Shown: positions 1-9,223, counted from the first letter of the stretch. The stretch: DNA of 32,000 nucleotides from Candidatus Helarchaeota ASGARD archaeon Hel_GB_B (GCA_005191425.1 SUPR01000007.1:27107-59106), one strand, 5' to 3'. Notes: a model not told the origin generated them from the sequence alone. A program made the numbers and translations.

Positions 1-537
1 CATAGGGCTGGCTACCTCTGGGCGCCACGATTAATTGGAAGACCTAATAAGGAGTTATTTAAAATGGCAAAGAAAAAAGAAATGGTGACTTCACTAGCTT
101 TTTCATGGGATCCCGATAACTGGACAAATAGAGCAATAATGCTACAAAATTTAGATTATTGTGATATATTAATGCTCAATGAAAAAGAATTGAAAGCTTT
201 AACTGGAGAAACAAAATTAAATTTAGCAAAACGTAAATTAAAAAAATATTATCTTGGACTGACCGTTATACATAGAGGGTCTAAAGGGAGTTTAATAATT
301 TCGGAAGATGAAGAGATAATTATTCCTGCAAATAAAATTAATATATTAAATCCAACAGGATCTGGTGATATTTATGACGCTGCATTTCTTTATGGATATG
401 AAAAAGGCTGGAATTTAAGAGAAATTGGAAAATTTTCTGGAGCTTGCGCAGAAATCCATATACAGAATCCAGACATAAAATATCCTTCTCTAAATGACAT
501 AGATAAATATTTAAAATCTAATTTAATTTTTGATTAA
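1..537 (+). CDS. PfkB/ribokinase-family carbohydrate kinase, 5'-truncated by the window edge
   Basis: The frame is open from base 1 (HRAGYLWAPRLIGRPNKELFKMAKKK...), so the real start lies upstream of the listed ATG at 64. It has PfkB motifs NEKE, HRGSKGS and the C-terminal signature NPTGSGDIYDAAF. Confidence 0.9.
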   Translation, partial: HRAGYLWAPRLIGRPNKELFKMAKKKEMVTSLAFSWDPDNWTNRAIMLQNLDYCDILMLNEKELKALTGETKLNLAKRKLKKYYLGLTVIHRGSKGSLIISEDEEIIIPANKINILNPTGSGDIYDAAFLYGYEKGWNLREIGKFSGACAEIHIQNPDIKYPSLNDIDKYLKSNLIFD

Positions 538-559
538 ATAATAATGAAAAAATTAAAGA

Positions 560-1309
560 TTAAATTAAAATAATTTTTAAATTCACGAATTCGGTATCCG
601 GTATGAAAGGTTCTCCCCATTTTACTCTTCCCATCTCACCACTCATTTTAGCAGAACTAATTGCCCATGTTTTTACTCGTTCCAACATTTCTAATTGACT
701 TTTATATACTTCTTCAAATATTTCCATCTTCTTAGCCCAATAATCTGATATATCACAAACAATTATTTTATGGCCAGTTTCTACATTAATAAATTTACAA
801 GATAAAGTTTCATAAAAATAATATCCAAATGGTATCCATTCCTTCCCTGCACCTCCATAAGCTCGCCCCTGTGAATGGTATACTGCTTCTCGCGCAATTA
901 AAGCTGTATTGCGATGTGTCCTATGTGCATCAAAAGGGTGTGGAGCTAAAATTATAGTAGGTCTAAGGTCTCGAATTATTTCAGTAAACATTTTGACATA
1001 TTTTCTAGATGGCTCTATCTCGTCAAACTCCAAAAAAATTGTCTTGTCCACGCATAATAGTCGAGTTGATTTATCCAACTCCTTTTTACGAATTTCTCTT
1101 ATTTTATTCTGGTATTCATCTTTTGAATATCCACCCAGACCACTTGATACAACTACAACATATATTTTACTGCCCCAATTCTTATATTTCAAGATTGTTC
1201 CCCCAGTTGATAATAATTCGTCGTCTGGGTGGGGCGCAAATACCAATATTGAATCTGGTACCACTACAGGTAATTCAATCCCATTCGAATCTATATTAAT
1301 TATTTTCAT
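560..1309 (-). CDS. PIG-L/LmbE-family zinc N-acetylglucosaminyl deacetylase
   Basis: FAPHPDDE metal motif, R..E...S/A helix, and a second motif PHPFDAHRTH (variant of HxDH). Confidence 0.85.
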   Translation of the reverse strand: MKIINIDSNGIELPVVVPDSILVFAPHPDDELLSTGGTILKYKNWGSKIYVVVVSSGLGGYSKDEYQNKIREIRKKELDKSTRLLCVDKTIFLEFDEIEPSRKYVKMFTEIIRDLRPTIILAPHPFDAHRTHRNTALIAREAVYHSQGRAYGGAGKEWIPFGYYFYETLSCKFINVETGHKIIVCDISDYWAKKMEIFEEVYKSQLEMLERVKTWAISSAKMSGEMGRVKWGEPFIPDTEFVNLKIILI

Positions 1310-1719
1310 AAGATTTAATATGAAACTGTTTATTTAAAACTTAAAGGTAAAATATCAAGTTTATAAACAACTCTTAATCTATTTCTTACTTTTACTAAAT
1401 ATATTATTATAAAATTTCTTCAAACTTTTATTTATGAACGCGTATATTTTATGAGATTTCAATTTTAATGGCGTATTTTAGAATTAAAATTTAATTCTTG
1501 TAAAGTTTCTTGTTATGAATATTCTATTACTTCTCTTTATTTATTTAATAGAGTAGTTTGTTTAAAAAATGATTTTATATTATGAAATTGTTTTAATTGG
1601 TATTATTTTTGTTATAATAAAGAAAATAATTGTCAATTAAACTTGTAATTGTAATCAAAATTCATAAATTTTAATTTATACAAAAATTAAAAAATTTAAA
1701 TCAATCATAAAAAAAAGGA

Positions 1720-2103
1720 TCAAGGCTTTTCCTCTTTTAGCAATTTTTTTATAACTGATACCAATTCATCCCCACTGAATGGTTTTGTAATATATTCATT
1801 AGCTCCTACTTCAGCTCCTTTTTTCTTATCTTTTTCAAAAACTTTAGCTGTAAACATAACAATAATTGTATCTTTATATTTTGGGTCTGATTTGATTTTC
1901 CTACACACTTCATAACCATCTATTTTAGGTAGTTTAATATCAAGTAGGACCAAAGCAGGTGATTCATCATAAATTTTCTTCAAAGCCTCCTCTCCATCAT
2001 AAGCGGTACTAACTTTTAGACCTGCCATTTCTAATAATCTTTTTGCCAATCTTACAGTATCAGGTTCATCATCAACTACAAGAATTAAATCTTTGTCATT
2101 CAT
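1720..2103 (-). CDS. Single-domain response regulator (CheY-like receiver)
   Basis: LVVDDEPD acidic pocket, phospho-acceptor in LLDIKLP, FTAK, and GANEYITKPF. 127 aa with no output domain. Confidence 0.95.
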   Translation of the reverse strand: MNDKDLILVVDDEPDTVRLAKRLLEMAGLKVSTAYDGEEALKKIYDESPALVLLDIKLPKIDGYEVCRKIKSDPKYKDTIIVMFTAKVFEKDKKKGAEVGANEYITKPFSGDELVSVIKKLLKEEKP

Positions 2104-2118
2104 TGTATTCGCCTTAAT

Positions 2119-3564
2119 TTAAACAATAGGAATTAATCTTGTGTTAATATATCCTTCACTTGCATCAGAAACTATTGAATTAATCTCTGTTTCAGGCCGT
2201 ATTCCATAAAGGACAAGAGCCTTATTTACTAAATCTAATTTCCAATGAGTTGATACCATATGACATAAGTTTTTAATTAGATTTTGATTTTCTTGAGTTT
2301 GGACTATTGTTATATTATCACCAGCTCGTGACTTTGCTATTTGCTTGGCTATTGTCCTTATTAAATCATTTTCATTATAAATGTGTTGCAAAGACCCAAG
2401 TCCTAAGAATGTCAAAACTGGCCATCCAAATTCATCATTATAATGCGCAATTTTCTCATCTATCAACTTAAAATCTTCTTCAGTATAATCCACATTGTCT
2501 TGCGTTAAATTCAAATTACTTTTTTCAATTCCAATATTTATTGTCGAAATTAATTTTCTCAAACGCTCCTTACCAACAAAACCTTCGAGATATTTATTAA
2601 AAATTACGGGCGAAATCCCTTCAGGTAAAATTGCGACTAGACCTCTTTCTAAATTTAAATGATTTACCATAATTGGAATTAATATACTATATGATGCTTC
2701 ACCTATTCCATGTGCAATTTCAATTAGGTTCCAGCTACCTTTTTCAAATCCTCCATCGGTCAAAATGTCGAAATCTGGCATTCCAGTTGAAATATAATTT
2801 TTATTTGGGTCTGGAATAGGCTCGGGTCTAATTAAAATTTCGGGAAAATTAAATTTGAAAGGAGGAAAATATCTAAATTTAGCATCATTTAATGTATATA
2901 AATATTCTGGCTGGATATTTTTGATCCCTCTTATCTTCTGTATCTCAATAGTCCTAATCCGCCTATTATAATATCTTGAGTTATTTAATATTAAAACGCC
3001 ATCAACAAGATAGTCCATAAAATTCTCATTTGAGTCTTCTAAAACAAAAACTAATTTAAAATTGTGTTGTCGGACTAATTCAGTTAATACTGGTTCAATT
3101 CTATTTTTTTCAAATTGTCCATTGTTAATCCCTGCCTCAGCAACAGCATTCCAACTATCTATAACTATAGTACAATTCTCAATATTTTCGGTAAATTCAA
3201 AAATTTTTACAAAAAAGTCTGGAGTATTTTGAAACTTTAACTTGTTTTTAAGATTTTTAATAGTATCTTGAGATGGGAGCATTAGATCTACATTTGAAGC
3301 ATCAATAAATCTTATTTTTTCAATATAATTTTCAAGCCACGGATATTGTAATTTGATTAAATTTGGCATTACTCTCGTTGAAATATATATCGGTGTATTA
3401 TCGTTTTTTAAGGACTCTTTTAAAATAGCTAACGCTAGACTTGTTTTGCCTGTACCTGCCATACCCTTTATTAATAGCGAAAAACCAAATGGTAAATTCA
3501 AGAATTTTATTAGCTCAATAGGTAAATTGACATTTTCATATCTTTTCATTCCGAGATACTCCAA
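2119..3564 (-). CDS. GvpD-like / KaiC-RAD55 superfamily P-loop ATPase with two RecA-fold domains, the second degenerate
   Basis: N-domain has FSLLIKGMAGTGKT (Walker A), YISTRV, IVIDSW (Walker B) and IEIQKIRG. The linker ISTGMPDFDILTDGG is followed by a second domain lacking the Walker A Lys (EIAHGIGEAS). The start may be the second Met (MKRYE). Confidence 0.8.
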   Translation of the reverse strand: MEYLGMKRYENVNLPIELIKFLNLPFGFSLLIKGMAGTGKTSLALAILKESLKNDNTPIYISTRVMPNLIKLQYPWLENYIEKIRFIDASNVDLMLPSQDTIKNLKNKLKFQNTPDFFVKIFEFTENIENCTIVIDSWNAVAEAGINNGQFEKNRIEPVLTELVRQHNFKLVFVLEDSNENFMDYLVDGVLILNNSRYYNRRIRTIEIQKIRGIKNIQPEYLYTLNDAKFRYFPPFKFNFPEILIRPEPIPDPNKNYISTGMPDFDILTDGGFEKGSWNLIEIAHGIGEASYSILIPIMVNHLNLERGLVAILPEGISPVIFNKYLEGFVGKERLRKLISTINIGIEKSNLNLTQDNVDYTEEDFKLIDEKIAHYNDEFGWPVLTFLGLGSLQHIYNENDLIRTIAKQIAKSRAGDNITIVQTQENQNLIKNLCHMVSTHWKLDLVNKALVLYGIRPETEINSIVSDASEGYINTRLIPIV

Positions 3565-3642
3565 AAGGATATATATGATGAATTTTTCGGGTCTACAATT
3601 AAAAACTCTTTTGGTAAATTAATGACCTTTTTGTTCAGAATA

Positions 3643-5046
3643 TTAAACATCTTGTTCAATAATATCTTGGATAAATGAAATTATCTCATCAGCCATCTTT
3701 TGCGTTTTACTTTCCTTTTCCGTTTCCACAAAAATTCTAATTATTGGTTCAGTACCTGAAGCTCTTACTAAAAACCAACTAGATTTATTAATAAATTTTA
3801 CACCATCAATTGTATTAAGTTCATATTGCGAATATTTTTCCTTAAGTGCACTTATAATCTTTTCATATTTTTTTTCTGGGTATTTGACACTTGTCTTAAT
3901 CATATAATATTTTCTTGGAAGCTTTTTAACTAATTCAGAAACGCTTGTATCATTTTTTGCAAGAATTTCTAAAATTTTGGCACATGCCATGGGGCCATCT
4001 CGAGCATTGTTAAAATATGGGAGCATTATTCCACCACAACTACCCTCGCCGCCTATTGCATCAACATTTTTCTTTACCAATTCATTTAATTTTGTTGCGA
4101 CAAAAACTTCGCCTACTCGGACTTCTTCATAATTTGCATTATATTTTTTGGCCAGATCATAAAAAATTCTTGAGGAAGCTACGTTCAAAACAAGAGTACA
4201 GTTATCATGTGTTTCTAAATAATCTTTTACTATCAATGCTAAGCCAATGTCTTCACTTAAAACTTTTCCGGTTCCATTTTCAGCTATTACAACTCTATCA
4301 GCATCTAAATCATGTGCAAACCCAATATCTGCTCCGCTACTCTTAACCGCACCGGTTAAATCTGTTAGATTCTCAGGCTTTGGCTCAATTTTCCGAGGAA
4401 AATACGGGTATTCATCATTTAATGTATCATTTATTATTTGGGTCTTACACTGCATTTTAATAAAAAGTTGTGGAGTAACTGTTAGTCCACACCCTGCTAC
4501 TGGATCTAATACTACTTTAAATTTTTTCTTCTTAATTAAAGAAACATCTACATTGTTTAAAATTGAATGTATATATCCACCTATTCCATCCCGTTTTGAA
4601 ATATGCCCTAAATCATTATAACTTACAAAATTAAATGATTTTGTTTTATATACTTCCATAATTCTATTGAGATAATTTGAAGTAATGTATGTCTTCGTAT
4701 CACCATTTATAAATTTGATACCATTCCAATCCTCCGGAATGTGCGACCCAGTAATCATAACTCCGCCATTTGCACCATTATGCTTAATATTATATAGTAA
4801 ACATGGTGATGGACACACACCCAAATTTATAACATTTATTCCAACTGAAATAAGCCCGTTAATTATATCGTTTCTAAGCATCCGACTAGTCAACCGCGTA
4901 TCCCGTGCCAACAACACAGATTTACCCTGACCAAGTAAAGTACCAAATGCTTCCGCCAATTCAAGTGCCATATTCGGCGTAAGCTTTCCTGTCTCTCCCC
5001 TGATGCCAAGTGAGGTAATTATTACATTTGACGACAATATCATCAA
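3643..5046 (-). CDS. Phosphohexomutase (phosphomannomutase / phosphoglucosamine mutase family)
   Basis: ITGSHIP phosphoserine loop, DLDADR metal loop, GGEGSCGG sugar loop, RASGTEPIIR phosphate loop. Confidence 0.93.
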   Translation of the reverse strand: MMILSSNVIITSLGIRGETGKLTPNMALELAEAFGTLLGQGKSVLLARDTRLTSRMLRNDIINGLISVGINVINLGVCPSPCLLYNIKHNGANGGVMITGSHIPEDWNGIKFINGDTKTYITSNYLNRIMEVYKTKSFNFVSYNDLGHISKRDGIGGYIHSILNNVDVSLIKKKKFKVVLDPVAGCGLTVTPQLFIKMQCKTQIINDTLNDEYPYFPRKIEPKPENLTDLTGAVKSSGADIGFAHDLDADRVVIAENGTGKVLSEDIGLALIVKDYLETHDNCTLVLNVASSRIFYDLAKKYNANYEEVRVGEVFVATKLNELVKKNVDAIGGEGSCGGIMLPYFNNARDGPMACAKILEILAKNDTSVSELVKKLPRKYYMIKTSVKYPEKKYEKIISALKEKYSQYELNTIDGVKFINKSSWFLVRASGTEPIIRIFVETEKESKTQKMADEIISFIQDIIEQDV

Positions 5047-5585
5047 AACAATTTTCTTTTTATTTTTAATATATTCAAAATTTATTATAAACCTAAACTT
5101 ATTTTTTTAATCGTGTTTTTTAATTTTTTTTGAGTAAATTAATTAATTTCTAATAATTCATTATTTGATATCCTTTAGACTTATACTATAATAATATGCA
5201 TTTTATTTGTTTCTCCAATATTAATTGAGATATCATAAAAATCTATTATCTTCTTATATTTTTTAATATATTTTTAATTTCTTTTATAGCAAGTTTAGGA
5301 TATTTCTTTCTCTATACTATGATTCATTTAATAGTTGTTCAAGAAATATACGAAAAAATTAAAAAATTTATCTTAAATTTCTTTATTTCAAATTAAATAT
5401 CATATTTTATAATGTCAATCTAAATTTTGGATTTTATCCTTTTTACATTTTTATCTTAAAATAATAAAATAAGTTAGATATTAAAGTTCCTAATCTTTAT
5501 AAAATTAAATTCTTTAATATTTTAATTTAAAATTTTTTTTGACTTTTTCTCTCGAAATATAAAAAAAATATGGTGAAATTGTAAA

Positions 5586-6423
5586 ATGAAAAAAAAAGAT
5601 AGACTTAATTTATTTATAATATTATTACTTTCGTTGATGCTATTGGTTTCATCATCTGCGATAATAATTGGCCATACTTCCTCTACTACTAAAACTAAAA
5701 TCTTGTATATTTATAATGACGACTTAACCACAGCTAATGATTATAAAAAATTTACTTGAATTAAATGATTATTCTGTATCCTTATTGAATACTTCTAGTT
5801 TAGGTTCAATTGATTTTTCCTTATATAATTTGATAATAATTGGTGGAGATACTGCCTATTCAGGGTCTAATTGGGGTTCCAATAATCTATCTCTAATTAT
5901 TCAAAAAGCAAATAAACCAATAATTGGTATATATAGAGGCGGTGCGGTCTATTTTAGCAATATTTCCTTATATATTGGATGGGATAACTCTTGGACTATT
6001 TCTAGTACAAATGGGACAAAAACAATGGAATTTTCAAGCAAACTATATAATTATCCATATCCTTTTAAAGATTATACCAAATATATTCTTTATTCAAAAC
6101 TTGTCCATGCAATTGCAATTTATAATCCAACAAATCTATCAAACATGGAAATAATTGGTCGGCAATTGAATAACGCAAATCATTATCCTATTATTATGGA
6201 AAATTGGAAATATCTCCTCTGAGGTTTTTCTGATGGTCCTACCAATATGACCGTATTTGGTTTAAATATGTATCTTAATCATGTAAATTATATGGTTAAT
6301 CCACCAACTAATACAACAACTCCATCTATTCCAGGTTTCGAACTTTTATATGTGGTCTTGGTGATAATTTCCTTTCTATATATATTAATTCTTATTAAAA
6401 AATCAATGAAAAAACAATTTTAA
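5586..6423 (+). pseudogene. Disrupted secreted/surface protein with signal peptide, flavodoxin/GATase-like domain and PGF-CTERM-like anchor
   Basis: ATG 5586 gives MKKKDRLNLFIILLLSLMLLVSSSAIIIG (signal peptide). An extra A in the A6 run at 5745-5750 shifts the frame (..ANDYK/NLLELNDYSV..). An in-frame TGA sits at 6220-6222 in YLL*GF. The same frame then continues to TTTPSIPGFELLYVVLVIISFLYILILIKKSMKKQF, stop 6421-6423. Confidence 0.8.
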
Positions 6424-6507
6424 CTTTCTTTTTAAAGAATTTTTTTCTTTTATCTTTTTTAAATTTGTATTTTTAATGAAAAATTAATATTCTTTTAAAA
6501 AGTAGTT

Positions 6508-7749
6508 TTATTCACAAACTATTATTGAATCAAGCATATCATCAAGTTTAGGCCTTTCAGCTTTTTCTCTTGGAGCTCCCTCAACTATCTTGATTTCAGG
6601 TATATCATCAGAAATCTGACCTCCTGACCTCGGGCGAGCTGAGGATAAATCAATTCCACTTGGAATATTTTTTAATATATTTGTTATTATATCATTTGAT
6701 AATGACTTAATTTCTTTACTTATTTCAGATGAAATAGTTTGTTTTAATTCAGATACGATTGATTTAGTATCAATTTGAGCTGAAACCTGTATATTTGGGT
6801 ATGCATTATTTATCTGTTGAATTCCTTTGGACAAGGATAATTGGATATCTTGGATCATTTTATCCGACAATGGAATTGCTTTAGTTGGTGCTTCAATCAT
6901 CTCTGCACCACTTTTTTCAGTCTCTTTTCTTTTGAATTGCTCTTTAATTTTATTTAAAAGAATAATAGCATTTTTTACATCTAATCGTCGCTGAACACCT
7001 AATACTTCCAGTTTATTTGTTATTTCATTAATTGATTTTTCGTCCTTACTGTTAATCACTTCTTCTGCCATATTTCTAATATGTTTGATATTAAGTTTGA
7101 CCAGTATTTTTTCGGCTTTTTGGTTATCTGATATTAATATATGGTCAAGGATGGCTTGAAAATATTCTAATTCAGCTAAAAGTGGGTTTTGGTTGCTGAG
7201 AAGATAACCTGCTCTACTATGGAAAGTTAATGCAATATCATATTGCTTTAGATTCTCATTTATTTCAGCGAGCCCCTTACATGCCATTAATATAAAAGGA
7301 GTATAGTCATTGTCGTTTTTTCTACTTTTTGTGATCATTAAAACTTTAAATAGAGATTGAGCAAATTCATTTCTAATTTGATCAAGTTCGGCTTGATTTC
7401 CTGTAGCTAATATCATTGATTCAGCATTTTTAAAAAATTCAAATCCCTGTTTATATAAATTTAAGTCTTTTTTATTTGTTCCGTCAATTAGATATAATTT
7501 CATTGCATTTTGAAGTCTTCTTACTGCCATTAAATAGTTTTGGTCAATTGAAATCGTTTTATTAGTTAAATTACTAGCAAATTGTGGTAATTTCTCGCCT
7601 AAATCTGATAATTCTGTTAAAACTCTTTCTACTGTATTTTCTACATTATTAATCTCTTCTTCTAATTTGAGATCTGATACATCTTTTAAAAGATTTTTAG
7701 TGATATCTTCTATTTCTTCTATTTCCTTATTTGAGGCTTCTTTGTCCAA
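6508..7749 (-). CDS. Helical-repeat (TPR/alpha-SNAP-like) protein with coiled coils and a disordered C-terminal tail
   Basis: 413-aa ORF with a TTG start and a GGTGGA Shine-Dalgarno upstream. The central segment LKQYDIALTFHSRAG...PLLAELEYFQAILDHILISDNQKA resembles SNAP-family repeats by eye. Confidence 0.6.
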   Translation of the reverse strand: MDKEASNKEIEEIEDITKNLLKDVSDLKLEEEINNVENTVERVLTELSDLGEKLPQFASNLTNKTISIDQNYLMAVRRLQNAMKLYLIDGTNKKDLNLYKQGFEFFKNAESMILATGNQAELDQIRNEFAQSLFKVLMITKSRKNDNDYTPFILMACKGLAEINENLKQYDIALTFHSRAGYLLSNQNPLLAELEYFQAILDHILISDNQKAEKILVKLNIKHIRNMAEEVINSKDEKSINEITNKLEVLGVQRRLDVKNAIILLNKIKEQFKRKETEKSGAEMIEAPTKAIPLSDKMIQDIQLSLSKGIQQINNAYPNIQVSAQIDTKSIVSELKQTISSEISKEIKSLSNDIITNILKNIPSGIDLSSARPRSGGQISDDIPEIKIVEGAPREKAERPKLDDMLDSIIVCE

Positions 7750-7902
7750 ACAATTCCACCAATGATGAAAAACTAAATTATCTTTTATTATTCAATATTA
7801 ACTCCAATATAAAAAAATCTTATGTTTGAATAATTAAGGAATAAATTAATTTTAATCCAAATAACGAAGAACTTTTAATTTTAAAAGTAAAAAATATTTA
7901 GA

Positions 7903-8934
7903 TTATTGAGTTTTTGCTACCAGTTCAAAACCCATTGCATTTGAAAGGACTGGATTTTCTGGAATTACTACATGGTCTGGTTTTGATACCAATTTTCCTG
8001 ATATTATTGCTTCTTTAATACTCTCTCCAAAATTGTAAGCTCCACCTCCGCATATAATATAGTATTCCACAAATGCGTCTGGTGGTAAGGTAGAAATTAG
8101 CCGCAACACTTCATCAATTATTATTTTACTAATCTGTTTTGCATAATATTCTCTAATTTCTTTAATTGAATATGTCTGTCCCCCAATCATTACTGTATCT
8201 TTTCCTTTTTTAATTGTCATCATTAAATCAAATGGTTTTATAATGGCTCCAGTTTTTTCTCCTAATGCTTTCGCCATTCGTGATGTTAAAGTATCTGTAG
8301 CCTCTACAAGTGAACCTGAAGCTGTCCGCATAGGACGCCCTTGATACATAGTTAAAATATCAGTACTTCCATGTCCAATATCTATAATTACTGTATCTAC
8401 TGCTGTTTCTTCACCCTTTGATTTTAATACCATATAATATGTCCCAAAAGGTTCTGGAAGTACTAAAGTCTTTTTAATATTTATCGTTAACGATTTAATT
8501 TCATTAGTAGCATCATTGCGTATCTCTATATTTATTTGCCCTTTTAGCATTCTACTTAAATTTTTCATTACATTCATTGAAGTTGCTACTGGTACCCCAG
8601 TACTAACTATAACATCTTCATCTTCGTCTACTAATAGCCCTAACGCAGCTTTTATTGCAATAAATGTTTCTTCTGCCGATTTCATCTGCCCTTCACTTGC
8701 TAATGGCCGCTTCACCTCTGATTGAGTCCGCGCTAGCTCTCCAACATACCATTCTTGATCTTCTTCTATTAAGACCATATTATTTACGAGCGATTTGTCT
8801 AATGACATTCCTGTCCAGCCAGGGTTTGGTTCTCCAATTATACTGGGTATCATATATACTTGAGACCCGCATACCACTTTAATAGTTGATGTACCCAAAT
8901 CAATGCCAACATGTATTGTCATATTACTCATCAT
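7903..8934 (-). CDS. Actin-fold ATPase of the ParM/StbA (Ta0583/AlfA-like) group
   Basis: Phosphate-1 GIDLGTSTIK, STGVP, connect-1 LPEPFG, phosphate-2 IIDIGHGSTD, adenosine CGGGAY, connect-2 NAMGF. 343 aa. Confidence 0.9.
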   Translation of the reverse strand: MMSNMTIHVGIDLGTSTIKVVCGSQVYMIPSIIGEPNPGWTGMSLDKSLVNNMVLIEEDQEWYVGELARTQSEVKRPLASEGQMKSAEETFIAIKAALGLLVDEDEDVIVSTGVPVATSMNVMKNLSRMLKGQINIEIRNDATNEIKSLTINIKKTLVLPEPFGTYYMVLKSKGEETAVDTVIIDIGHGSTDILTMYQGRPMRTASGSLVEATDTLTSRMAKALGEKTGAIIKPFDLMMTIKKGKDTVMIGGQTYSIKEIREYYAKQISKIIIDEVLRLISTLPPDAFVEYYIICGGGAYNFGESIKEAIISGKLVSKPDHVVIPENPVLSNAMGFELVAKTQ

Positions 8935-9126
8935 ATTTCTTATTAGTTAAATAAACATAATAAATTAACATTTATTAATTTTAATTAATTCTATTTATAA
9001 AAATACGAAATTTATTTTTTAATTTAAATAACTTATGAAGTAAAATTTAAATACTATTTTATTATCTTTATCTTAAACGTTTTTAGATAATTATTATATT
9101 AATGAACAATATTGTAGCCCTAAAAA

Positions 9127-9223
9127 AGCGGGTTAGGGAAGCTAGGTCGATCCCACCGGGCTCATATTCAATAGAACTTGATAAGATACCCGGAGATCAG
9201 TGGTTCAAATCCACTACCCGCTA
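9127..9223 (+). tRNA. tRNA-iMet(CAT), initiator, with a 21-nt intron at canonical position 37/38 (9167-9187); CCA not encoded
   Basis: Acceptor stem AGCGGGT/ACCCGCT gives an A1:U72 pair. D-stem has G11:C24. Anticodon stem CCGGG/CCCGG has three consecutive G:C pairs. Anticodon CAT at 9163-9165. T-arm AGTGG-TTCAAAT-CCACT. The 3' end reads A-TCA. Confidence 0.93.

Noticed and set aside
880-935. HRTH instead of HxDH in the PIG-L protein as a sign of inactivity
   Set aside because: The metal-binding His residues and the HPDD motif are retained, and one substitution is not enough to support the claim.
2119-3564. Gas vesicle cluster or circadian clock
   Set aside because: There is only a GvpD/KaiC-like ATPase. 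No gvpA/gvpN or kaiB is present, and the second domain is degenerate.
6220-6222. In-frame TGA as evidence of an alternative genetic code or selenocysteine
   Set aside because: TGA is a true stop for the receiver gene (1720-1722) and cdhB (16622-16624), and Trp is encoded by TGG elsewhere in the same ORF. The context looks like Trp rather than Cys, and I see no SECIS-like hairpin.
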